From Eledone cirrhosa (lineage: Eukaryota), in assembly GCA_964016885.1 (NCBI GenBank), contig OZ024761.1, positions 21,390,001-21,454,000 of the forward strand: a DNA stretch of 64,000 bases, given 5' to 3'. The notes beneath the pieces were generated by a model. The model did not search any database and was not told the DNA's origin. It worked only from the letters and a program-made list of their open reading frames with translations. How positions within the stretch are numbered: position 1 is the first letter of the stretch; each line of letters begins with the position of its first letter. Below are positions 13,075-26,100 of this stretch, piece by piece. Made by a program: the position numbers and the translations under genes.

Positions 13075-15488
13075 TGTGTATATGTATGTATGTGTGTGTG
13101 TGTGTGTGTACGTATGCATATTTTTCTAGAATTATTCAGATTTAATTTATGAATCTTTCTTTTCCAACATTTTATTGTAATGTCTTTTGTTTAGTCTTAA
13201 CTCTAACATTTCCTGATTCCCATGTGATCAGCTGAAATCACTTTATATAACAGTCGCAGGTAGATTTTCCAGTTAGCTGAAATGGGGCAGGTGTAAAAGT
13301 TACTACTGTTGTTGTTATTATACTTGAAGGGCGGTGGATTGGCAGTATTGGTAGAGGTTCAAACACCATGCTTTCCAGCATAGTTATGCCTCTTTACGGC
13401 CTGAGTTCAAATCCCACCGAGGTTACCTTTGTTTTTCATGCTTACGGGGTCGATAAATAAAGCACCAGTAATAAACTGGGGTCAATTTAATCAACTTTTA
13501 TAGAACCAAAACTGGCTTTGGCCAAGTTGGTAACTAAAGGGTCAAAATGGGAGGTTTTATTTCATGGAACCAGAGCTGGTTTTGGCCGGGTTGATAACTA
13601 AAGGGTCAAATGTTTATAGTCCCTTTATTACATCTTTAGAACTTATACTTATATATTTTCTTTAATGTGTATTTGTACAAAAACAATTTTTCAGGTAAAG
13701 CATTTTGCTGGAGTTCTCAGGAAACATGGCGTTGAGAAAGGAGATCGTGTTATGATTTATATGCCAGCTATTCCTCAAACTATTGTCACCATGTTAGCAT
13801 CAGCCAGAATCGGTGCCATTCATGCAGTGGTCTTTGGGGGATTTGGTGCCAAGGAACTATCAAACAGAATTGAACACGCAAAAGTAAGACATATTTCTTT
13901 TTCTTAACCCTTTACCATTTAAACCAGCCGTATCTGGCCAGAATTCGGTCACCTCTTTCTCTTCAAACTGGCCATAACCAGCTGCTCATACTGATGTTAA
14001 AGTATTGTTTTCAAAATAAATAATATCAAAATCTCATAGATTTAATATTATGTGAGATAAAGCGTTTACTGTGAAATTACAATAGTAAATATAGAATATA
14101 AAGGGTTAATTATAGTTTTTGGTGAAATACTGATTTTATGAGGTGGTGAATTGGAAGTTATTAGAGTGCTTTGGTATTTGTCCCAGGGTAGATAAAATAA
14201 AGTACCAGTAATGCACTGGGGTCGATTTAATTGACTTTCCCTTCTCCCCAAAAATTGTTGGCCTTCTAAATCAGAAACCATTATTATTATGGTCAATTGT
14301 GTTGTGACACGCATTTAAAATTTTCCCAATTCTTCTTAACTCTTATGAACTTGTATTTGTTTTTTTCTTTAAAGCCGAAGGTGATAGTCAGTGCCAACTG
14401 TGGTATTGAGGTCAATAAGATTATTGAATATAAACCAATATTAGATGAAGCATTGGCACTAATCAACCACAAACCAAATAAATGTATCATTTACAACCGA
14501 CCCCAGGTAAGTTTTTGTATATACTGAAAACTTCATTGGTTTTATACCGTTTTATACAGTCTATATAGTGTTAATATAGTTGTAATATTAATACAGTCTA
14601 TATAGTATTAATACGAAGCATTGTTTTGTTTCATAGTATCAGACAGTTTTCGACATCATCATCACTATTTAACCTGTTGACTGCCATGTATATTTTACAC
14701 AGCTACAGTTGCTGTGTTGACTGCCGTATATATTTTTACACGGCTACAGTTGCTGTACCGGGTTTTTTTCCCAGTAAAATGACTATTTCTTTAAACAAAC
14801 ATTTATTAATAACAAATATCTGAATAATTGACAAATGTCACATCAATAAACTAGTAACCCCATCTAGCTTTGAAGTTATGAACTGTTGGAAACAAGTTCA
14901 AACATGTTAGGACGAGTTATGTCATCCATGGCACTGAAGAGGTTAATATTTACCTATCTTACCAGGAGTAGATAGATTGTCTTATGAGACTAGCCAGGTG
15001 AAGTAAGATCGGGTCAGACCGGGTGACCATGTCTTGCTCATCCGGATCTGTTTTCAGGGCTTGCTTTCTACAGCTTGATGTCCTTCTTAATCCCAACCAC
15101 GATAGTGTAGACTGTGTACTTTGCATTGTGGCACCAGAATGACCATCTAACAGGGTGGGCTGGGTTTTAAAAAATGTCCTAAGAAACTCCGTATGTCAGT
15201 ATGACACTCTTATGACTCCCTCAAGAGTTACGGGACCATACCATATATAGGTTTAAATTGTAATTGGCAAATCTATTCTATATCTGTATTTATTCTATAA
15301 TAATAATTGTTTCTACTTTTGGCACAAGGCCAGCAATTATCCCAGTGCATTACTGGTACTTTATTTTATCGACCCCGTAAGGATGAAAGGCAAAGTTAAC
15401 CTCGGCGGGATTTGAACTCAGACCATAAAGGGCCGTAACTCTATGCTGCAAAGCATGGCGTCCGACCCTCTACCGATACTGCCACTCC

Positions 15489-15524
<36 letters not shown>

Positions 15525-18500
15525 TGAAATTTCAACATTTTTGTTTCCACATATGAATTGCTGGTTTAAAGGCGAACAAAGCTAAATTTACAAAAGGTCT
15601 TGACACATGTTACATGGAAGAACTTGCTACTGCCTCCCCTACTGATTGTGTACCGATACCAGCAATGGACCCTTTGTACATTCTACATACATCCGGAACC
15701 ACTGGATTACCTAAGGTAAATGATGCTATTTTACTTTAAAATATTCCATACCTTCTTTTTCTTCTTCTTCTTCTTCTTTGCTCACTTATTCCTGAGAAGG
15801 TGGTTGTGTGAGGGCAGAGTCCTTCTCAAACACTCCTTGCAGTGGGTCCTGTCAGAAGCAACCATCTCCAACTGATCTGGCTGGATCCCCAAATGAGACC
15901 AGCCAAGCTCATGGATGTTATCCAACCATCTTGCTTGATGTGGGTCTACCACTGGGTCTCCTGCCGATTGGTTTTGCCCATAAAATATTTCATACCTGCA
16001 AAGATAAATTAAGATAGAGTAACTATGTGGAGATGTGTGGCCAAGTGGTAAGTGTTGAACATATAATCATAATGTTGTGGGTTCGAATCCTGGGCTGAAT
16101 TGTGTGTTATGTTGTTGAGAAAAACACTTCATTTTATGTTGCTCCAAACAGAATACACACATAAACGCATACACAGAAGCAACAAAAATTCATTATAGAA
16201 ACACGAGAGAAAACACAGAGATAATCACTGAATATGTCACAGAAATGGGTGACTAAAGAACTTTGAGAAATTATATCTTTAACTGTTGGTCAATTAATGA
16301 TAAACATTGATTACCAGCTAAATTATTTATAGAAATATACTGAAGTGAAAACTAAACCAAACAGTGAATGTGTTTTACTAGTTTTTCAATATTAATACAT
16401 GACCTCCTGAAATAAATACATTTTTTAACATTTGAATACATTTTCAGGCCGTAGTGCGTCCAAATGCTGGCCATGCTGTAGCATTGAAATGGGCAATACA
16501 GAATGTCTATGGTATCAAACCAGGAGAGGTAAATATAATCAATTTCTCAGACAAAACAAAAATATCAACCTACTGCTGCCATATTGAATATATTTGCATA
16601 TAATATACAGGAGTTATCAAAATAAATCACCAGACATACTCACTTGAGTATGGGACTAGTTTGACTATTGTGTGGATATATGCCGTGTGTCCAGAGGAGG
16701 ACATATTGAACATTTGTAAAAGATTCTAAATAAAACTTTATATTCAGACATGTATTGTTCAAGTTACTGCATGATTATATGGTCATTGGTTTCAGAAATA
16801 TACCCTTTTGTAATTGGATGATTCTTTTTGATACACCCTGTATTAACCATTTCATTACTGTATTTCTTTTGAGGAAAACTATTTATGATGTTCACATATT
16901 GCCTTCAGTCTGTTAAAAACTATGGAAAGTTGTGTAAATATGTTGACATGCATGAAACAGTTGCTGTAGAATTTGAGAGTGAATGTGTGATTACAGAGAT
17001 ATTGGGTGAGGTAAAAACCCTATCTTTTTATAGCATTAAGATAAATAAAGATCAAAGAATCCAGACATACATTTATAGAAATTTGGCAATACTCTCTCTC
17101 TCTCTGTCTGTCTATCTCTTTCCTACTCTCTCTCTCTCTCTGTCTATCTCTCTCTCTCTCTCTCTCACAATATTTGTTGTTAACAAAATTATGAGAATTT
17201 CACATGTTAAATATATTTTGTCTATTTCAAATATTCTTTCCATATATTTTGTTCCTTTTAAAGGTTTGGTGGGCAGCCTCGGATCTTGGGTGGGTTGTTG
17301 GTCACTCTTTCATAGCCTACGGCCCCTTACTTAATGCAAACACATCCATTTTATATGAGGTATGTACTTTTACGAAATTATTTTATCTTCATAATTTGTC
17401 GCATACAAAGTCTTGGTTTTCAGTTTGCAGTTTTATTTCATTTCATTTCATTGGCATTGCTCCCTCTTACATCGCTGGCCTCCTGCCATGCCCGTAAGGT
17501 CCTCTAAAGTCCTTATCAGACAAGGTTCTCTCGAGGCCGTAAGGTTCTCTCAATCCCTTATCAGACAAGGTTCTCTCAATCACTTAGCAAACAAAGTTCT
17601 CTCAAGCCCTTATTAGACAAGGTTCTATCGAGCCCTTATCAGACAAGGTTCCTCCCAACACATCATAGCCCACTGCAGTCAGGGAACATGGGGTTGCCTA
17701 CACAACATGGAGCTAAATTGGCCATATCTTAATAAAATGACTTACATAAAATTAATTTGGTATTCACGCCAACCCTTACCTGTGGTCATGAATCTTAGGT
17801 AATGACCGAAAGAATACGATCACAAAAGCGGCCGAAATGGGGTTCGTCCGAAGGATCTTTGAGGTAACGTGACTCGATAGAGTGTGTAGCTCGGAGATGA
17901 GAGAGTCACTCCAGGTAGAGCTGCTATTTCTTAGAGTGCATAGCTTGGAGATCATGGAGTCACTCCAGGTAGAGCTGCTATTTCTCAGAATTGGGAGATC
18001 ACAGTTCTAATACTACAGACACGTGGTTAGAATGTCTTAGGAAAGAATCGCTTGTTATATTTGTAGCTCAGAGATGAGAGAGTCACTCCAGGTAGAGCCA
18101 CTACTTCTCTGAATTGAGAGATCACAGCTCCGATACTATGAGCATGTGGTTAGAATGTCTCAGGAAAGAATCGCTGGACAGATTTTACGGGCAAAACCAA
18201 TCAGCAAGAGACCTTGGAGTAGACCTCGAGCAAGATGACTGGATAACATCCATGAGCTTGGCTGGTCTTGTTTGGAGGACATATCCAGATCAGTTGGAGA
18301 TGGTTGCTTCTGACAGGACCCACTGGAAGGAGTGTTTGAGGACTCTGTCCCCACGACCTTCTCAGGAATAAGTGGGCAAAGAAGTAGTCTATATTTATGT
18401 TGCACAAAAATTGAATTTCAATTTAAAAAAAAAAAACGAAATTGTTTGTTTTAGGGAAAACCAGTTGGTACTCCTGATGCAGGTTCCTATTTTAGGGTCC

Positions 18501-21500
18501 TGAAAGAACATAACGTGTCTGGGATGTTTGTTGCACCAACAGCCTTGCGTGCAATTATAAAAGAGGTAACGTAAATATATTTACTCACATTAGACTGACA
18601 AATACCTGTGTGTAAGGAGTTGGGCAGAAATCTGTGAATTATATGACTTTGTCGTATATTTATCTTTTAACTCTTTCATTGGTTTCGGTTATGACTGTGG
18701 CATCACCTGGGAAGGATTAAATCAATCATATTGATCCCAGTACTTAGACTTAGCTTCTTTAAGTCTGGTATTGATTTTATCTATCTCATTTTCTTGAACC
18801 ACTAAGTTAAAGACTGAGTGTGAGGTCCTCCTTTAATTGTATGCCTACTAATTTGCTCTTGTTTTCTACCTGTAGGACAATGAAGGGCAACATGCCAAGA
18901 ATTATCTTCCATTTTTCAAGTAAGTTGTGGTTTATGTTGTTGTAGTTGTTACAGCTCACCACACCTGTGTGAGTTTTAACTGGCCTCTTACAAGGTTGTA
19001 TCTCTGAGGAGGTTTTGTGAGTATTTTAATGGTAGGGACCCCAGTTCTACCATGGTGTTGTTGTTACAGCTCAAACATCAGATATATAATAAGAAAGTTA
19101 GTTATGTTGCCAAGTTCCTCCAGACTTTTCATGATTTAAAAAATGATTTGAAAACCATAGGAAGCAGTGTCTCTCATTAGAAATATCGTAACAAAAGGGT
19201 AAAAGTATTTATCTAAAATCTCTCCAAATTCTTGCTTATTTTCAAAATTATTTGAAAACCATGGGAGACAGTGTTGTCTTAGAAATATTATGAAAGGGTT
19301 TATCAACATCAAATTGAATTCTAAAGATATTGTTTTACGCATGCCATCACATTTATATAACTTTTCCTAGTTTGTTTTTAACAGCCTGAAGGCAATATTT
19401 GTGGCTGGAGAACATTGTGACAAAACAACAATGCAGTGGACAAAAGAAACAGTACAGACACCAGTCTTGGATAACTGGTGGCAAACAGGTATGTACTGTT
19501 GTGGAGGGCTTGGGCTATTGGGGGTAGAGTTTTTTAACTACATACACTGAATACCCACCTGAAAGTTGGATCTCACACACTCTAATCTGCCCACCTGGGA
19601 ATATGACCCTCACGCACCCTAATCTCACTGCTTTGAGGTTGGTTACAACTCCTGGGGGACATCATATCATTACAGCTGTCTCATACAGAACTATCTGTGT
19701 GTCTATGTATGTCTTTGTCTCTCAGTGTATGTCTGTGTGTGTCTTTGTCTCTCAGTGTATGTCTGTGTGTCTATGTATGTCTTTGTCTCTCAGTGTGTGT
19801 ATGTGTGTCTGTGTGTGACTGTGTAATATTCAGATAATTATGATAGTACCAAATTTTTCAGTTAAATTAAAATATTTTTCTTTTCTTTTCAGAAACATCT
19901 TGGCCAGCTTTAGCATCTTGTTATGGTCTTGGAATGAATATGGATCCTGCAACTGGAGTATCTGGAAAACCTGTTCCAGGCTGGAATGGTGAATATCTAA
20001 ATTACATCTTATTAATCATTGACTAATTGATAGTGCTGGATTAAAAGAAATGTTAGAGTGTTGGACATATGCTATGGTTGTACAGCTGCTCATAAACATC
20101 TGGTTTATACAGTGTGAAATATCACTTTACATCTATTTATACAGATGTCTAAGTCTAAAGTCTGTCTTAAACCAGAAGGCTCATTTGACCGGTGCTTATC
20201 CCGGTTTCATGGCGTGAAGTGACTGAGAGTACAAGACTCCCCCCTGGACAGGACACCAGTCCATCACAGGGTTAAACCCCCCGGCTATTACTGGTACTCA
20301 TTTTCAGCTGAGTATACTGGAGCAATGTGAAATGAACTGCTCAAGAACACAACACGCAAGCCAGGAATCGAACCCATGACATTATGATCGTAAGTCCAAC
20401 ACCCTTACCACTAGGCCACGTGCCTCCTAGACACTCATAACATCTGGTGGTTTGTACAGTGTGAAACATCACTTTACATCTGTTTATACAGATGTAGACA
20501 GTCATAACACCTGGTGGTTTGTACAGTGTGAAACATCACTTTACATCTGTTTATACAGATGTAGACAGTCATAACAGATGGTGGTTTGTACAGTGTGAAA
20601 CATCACTTTACATCTGTTTATACAGATGTAGACAGTCATAACAGCTGGTGGTTTGTACAGTGTGAAACATCACTTTACATCTGTTTATACAAATGTAGAC
20701 AGTCATAACAGCTGGTGGTTTGTACAGTGTGAAACATCACTTTACATCTGTTTATACAGATGTAAACAGTCATAACAGCTGGTGGTTTGTACAGTGTGAA
20801 ACATCACTTTACATCTGTTTATACAGATGTAGACAGTCATAACAGCTGGTGGTTTGTACAGTGTGAAACATCACTTTACATCTGTTTATACAGATGTAGA
20901 CCGTAATAACAGCTGGTGGTTTGTACAGTGTGAAGTATCATTCTACATTGGGATCAATATTTTGATGATTTTCACCAGCTTCAAATTCTACGTAAATAAT
21001 GTTTGGAGTTTTGCCCATTTCTCAGACATAAAACATGGTGGGTGGCATCTGCTTATATTCAAGTATATACGGTAACTGTTCAGTTTTTGGACTTTTTCAG
21101 TGAAACTAATGTCACCAAAGTCAACAGAAGAAGCTAAAAGTGGGGAACTTGGCCAGATTGTTATCAAGTAAGTGTCAACCTTGTGATTTAGCTAATAGAA
21201 TACACAATGTCCACGCCACACTACACCCATACCACACCATATAAATAAAGGTGATAGATGCTGTGTAGGACACTTAACTATGGTTGGGACGAACACAGAA
21301 CTAGTGGATAACCTGTCAAATTACAGAATTCATAGATATCTTGTCAAAATAACAGAACGAGTGGATATCTTGTCAAACTAACAGAGAAAGGTGGATATCT
21401 TATAAAACTAGGAGATAACTGTTGGATATCTTGTAAAACTAGGATAACTGGTGGATATCTTGTAAAACTAGGAGATATTTTGTCACAGACACATAGTTAA

Positions 21501-21831
21501 TGACCAAGATATCATGGATGTCTGGCAGTGGGATTGAACCAGGGACCTAAGGATTACAATCCAAACTTTTTAACCATTTAGCCACATATACACACACATA
21601 TATACATTTATAAATACACAACTAAGAAATAAATAACTTGTTTTAATTTCATTCCTTAGGCTTCCGCTTCCTCCTGGGGCTTTTTCTTCACTGTGGAACA
21701 ATGATGAAGGATATAACAGTCTATATTTCACAAATTATCCGGTAAGTTCCTGTCTCTATATTCTTCATATCTATTATTTTCAGGTCCCAATATTAGTGAG
21801 GGAATAGGTAATTTTTCAAGGTTGTCTCCCT

Positions 21832-21866
<35 letters not shown>

Positions 21867-23140
21867 CAGAATTAGTCGTTTAGTTTACATATTGGGATCC
21901 CCATCTCATCATATTTATCTTATAAAAATATGGGATTTTTAGTAATGTACTTTTTTGTCATGTATAATGTTTTTAATGTCTAAAGAAACTTAATTGTTGC
22001 AGGAATGCTGCTACTTAAAATAAAATTTTCCTATGGATAGATTAGCAAAATTTAATTATTTCCGTAATCACCTCATCTGTGAATTATTTCCGTAATCACC
22101 TCATCTGTGAATTATTTCCGTAATCATCTCACCTGTGAGTTCCTTTCGTCGTCGTCTCACCTGTGAGTTTCTTTTTGTCCTCATCACACCTGTGAGTTTC
22201 TTTTTGTCCTCATCACACCTGTGAGTTTCTTTTCGTCATCGTCACACCTGTGAGTTCCTTCCGTTGTCACCAAGGAGATGGCTTTCTTCATCATCTCCTC
22301 TGTGAGTTTCATCAATTTGAGGTCATCTCTCACCACCACCACCTCATCCTCCCAGGTCTTCCTTAGTCTTCCTCTACTGCAGCTTTCTTCCACTGAAATT
22401 TCAATAAAAACTAACTACCAGACATTTCTCATTACAGGGTTACTATGACACAATGGACTCTGGCCTACGAGATGAGGATGGTTATATTTCTGTCCTGACA
22501 AGAACTGACGATGTAATAAATGTAGCGGGTCATCGACTCTCAACCGGAGCTTTAGAAGAGGTAACCGTGGCAGCAGATTTATATTTCATCATCTCAGGAT
22601 GTATATATATATATATATATATATTATAATAACAGATTAAAGTTTAAGCAAAGAATGGCTGCTTTCACCCTTAATAATCCTTATCAAGCCCTCTTTAGAT
22701 TTTAGTCTTGACATTTATTATTACTATATATATATAAATTAGGCTGCTCAGCCGTTAATATGCATAAGGAAAGTATATACTTTCAGACGTTCAACCATCT
22801 GACAGAAAGGTATACGATGCTGACGATAGCTAATAAGCTTGAAACTAGTACATCGTTCCTGTGTCAGTGTTGAACAAAAAGGTGATGATGGTTGCCTGAA
22901 CACTGTACGGCGTAATTCGGGCTATTTGTTTGTTTACAAACAAACCGAGCATTATAATAAATGTTCGGTAAACCCATACGTACATATATATATATGTGTG
23001 CATGTCTGTGTATATATATATATATATATATATACATACTACTGTACGTCTGTATACATATATGTATGTACGTATACTTATTACATATAAGTACCAGCCG
23101 TACTAAGAGTGAGAAATGAAATTTCATTTCATTCTTTTCC

Positions 23141-23176
<36 letters not shown>

Positions 23177-26100
23177 GTAGAACACTGAAGTGTTATATCC
23201 ATAGTAGTAGAACACTCAGTCCATGGGGCAAGTTTAGTAGAAGTAGTTCCACAACAGTTAGTTGACCATTTCCGAGGACAATTGTTTCACATAATGGATT
23301 ATATATATATATGTATGTATATGTATGTATGTATGTATGTATATGTGTATCATCATCATCGTTTAACGTCTATCTTCCACGCTAGCATGGGTTAGACAGG
23401 AATTGTCCTACTTGAGACAAGATTGATCGGGTGACCATGTCTCACTCGTATGGGACTATATCTGGCAGGTTTTCTACTGCTGGATGCCCTTCCTAACACC
23501 AACCATATATATGTATAACAACCTAGTGCTGTAGTAGCAGGGACAGTTTCAGTTGGTTTGGTTTCAAAAGTGTTAAATATTTAATTTTATCTAATTTTCA
23601 GGCAATTATGCAGAATGATGCAGTAGCTGATGCTGTGGTTATTGGTGTACCTAACGAAGTGAAAGGTCAAGTACCTTTAGGGTTATGTGTGCTGAAAACA
23701 GGTGAGGAATTATTCCTCTATGTCTAGTTATTTGGGAGCTTATGGTAGGTGGCATGGGTGAGGTATTGCAGGTGGACTTGATTTATCATGTCAGCTTCAA
23801 TCCTTTTCTATTTGTTGAAATGTTGTCTCTCTCTCTCTCACAGCCGTTTCTATAAATATTTCCAGAGAAATTCTTCTGTTGAGCTTTCCTCTCTGTTACC
23901 TTGTTTTAACGAGTTTTAAACAAGCACTAGATTGGTACCTAGGTCTCGTCCCTTTACAGTTCAAGTTTCTAAATGTTGTTGTAAATTCTATTCTGATATA
24001 TCTAAGGTTTGTCTATCGAATAATATATGATATATTTACAAATAAACATTTGAAATCTTTTAGCCATGAATTTTAAAGATGATGGTCGACACCACCTTTA
24101 AGATTCATAGCTAAAGGACTTTAAATGTAGTAAACATATCGTATATTATTCAATAGACAGACCTTACATACATGAATGTATACAGCTATGTTGGAGTAAA
24201 CACTAATTCTATTTCTATTCTGATAGTTTCTTCCCTCATCAAATTATTTTCTAGCTTCTTGCTTTCCTCACCTCCAACTGCAATTTACATAAACTCCAAC
24301 ACAACATCAATCACCATCTCTCTCTCACTCTCCTTGAATTACGTTCTCTTTGTCTTGCCCTTCTCCCTTCTCAGTAAGCCCCTGCATTTTAGAGGCTTTA
24401 TTGCCTTGCTTGAGGTGAAGAAATATATATATAGAGAGAGAAAGAGTCAGCACCCCGACGGCTGAGCTCCAGCCATTTCAACAGCGAGTTCTGAACTGGC
24501 TGTCAAAACGGCCGGAGCTCAGCCGTCGGGATCCTGATTCTTTTCCTATTACCCCCACTCTACTACCCATAGTATCGAGTACTCTGGTGCATTATGGTCC
24601 ATCTGGTTCCTTACCACACTTCCTTTGTTTTATATATATATATATATATAATTGTTTTCTCTGTCTTGTTCATCTCTCTTCTTAGTAAACCCCCATTGCA
24701 TTTTAGTGGCTTTATTTTCTTGCTTGGGGTGAGTCAAAATATATTTCATCATCATCATCATCTTGATATTCCAGGTTCAGATGGCAATGAAAATAAGATT
24801 ATAGAAGATGTTATACAAATTGTCAGAGATAACATTGGACCAGTTGCTTTTTTTAAACAAGCAGTTATTGTACCAGCTTTGCCTAAAACAAGATCAGGAA
24901 AAACAGCACGCAACACTATCGCAGCTTTGGCAGCTGGAAGGGAGTTCAAGGTAAGAGTTTAAGATTTCAGATGAAAAATACCAAAATCTCTGTTTACTGC
25001 TCTTCTTCTTCTTCGCCTACTTATTCCTGAGAGGTTCATGGGAGAAAGGGAAAAGTCCTCAAACACTCCTTCCAGTAGGTCCTGTCAGAAGCAACCATCT
25101 CCAACTGATCCGGCTGGATCCTCCAAGCAAGACCAGCCAAGCCCATGGATGTTATCCAACCATCTTGCTTGAGGTGGGTCTACCCCAGAGTCTACTGCTG
25201 CTTGGTTTTGCCCAAAATCTCTCTGATTACAAGAGATTATATTGGGTTTTGGTGAAGGCACGTGGCTTTGTGGTTACGGTGTTCAGCTTGCAATAAAAAG
25301 GTTTAGTTTGATTCCCGGCTGTGTTGTCTCTTTGAGCAAGACACTTTATTTCACATTGCTCCAGTCCACCTATCTGACAAAATATGAGTTGTACATGTAT
25401 CTAATTCAAAGAACAGGTATTGGATTTTCAGCAGTGTGATTGTGAGTTCAATTCCTGGGTCAGGTATCAAAATCTCATAGATTCGATATAATGTGAGGTA
25501 AAGCCTTTATCGTGAAAATACAATAGTATGTATAGAGTAATGTAAATGTTGTGAGATATTATGTGAGGTAAAGCCTTTATCGTGAAAATACAATAGTATG
25601 TATAGAGTAATGTAAATGTTGTGAGATATTATGTGAGGTAAAGCCTTTATCGTGAAAATACAATAGTATGTATAGAGTAATGTAAATGTTGTGAGATATT
25701 ATGTGAGGTAAAGCCTTTACTGTGAAAATACAATAGTATGTATAGAGTAATGTAAATGTTATGCGAGATATTATGTGAGGTAAAGCCTTTACTGTGAAAA
25801 TACAATAGTATATATAGAGTAATGTAAATGTTGTGAGATATTATGTGAGGTAAAGCCTTTACTGTGAAAATACAATAGTATATATAGAGTAATGTAAATG
25901 TTGTGAGATATTATGTGAGGTAAAGCCTTTACTGTGAAAATACAATAGTATGTATAGAGTAATGTAAATGTTATGCGAGATATTATGTGAGGTAAAGCCT
26001 TTACTGTGAAAATACAATAGTATGTATAGAGTAATGTAAATGTTGTGAGATATTATGTGAGGTAAAGCCTTTACTGTGAAAATACAATAGTATATATAGA

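Noticed and set aside
24594-24774. His-rich N-terminal part of the 122-aa ORF
   Set aside because: This is intronic repeat sequence upstream of the true acceptor at 24774; the (CAT)n run produces the His tract.
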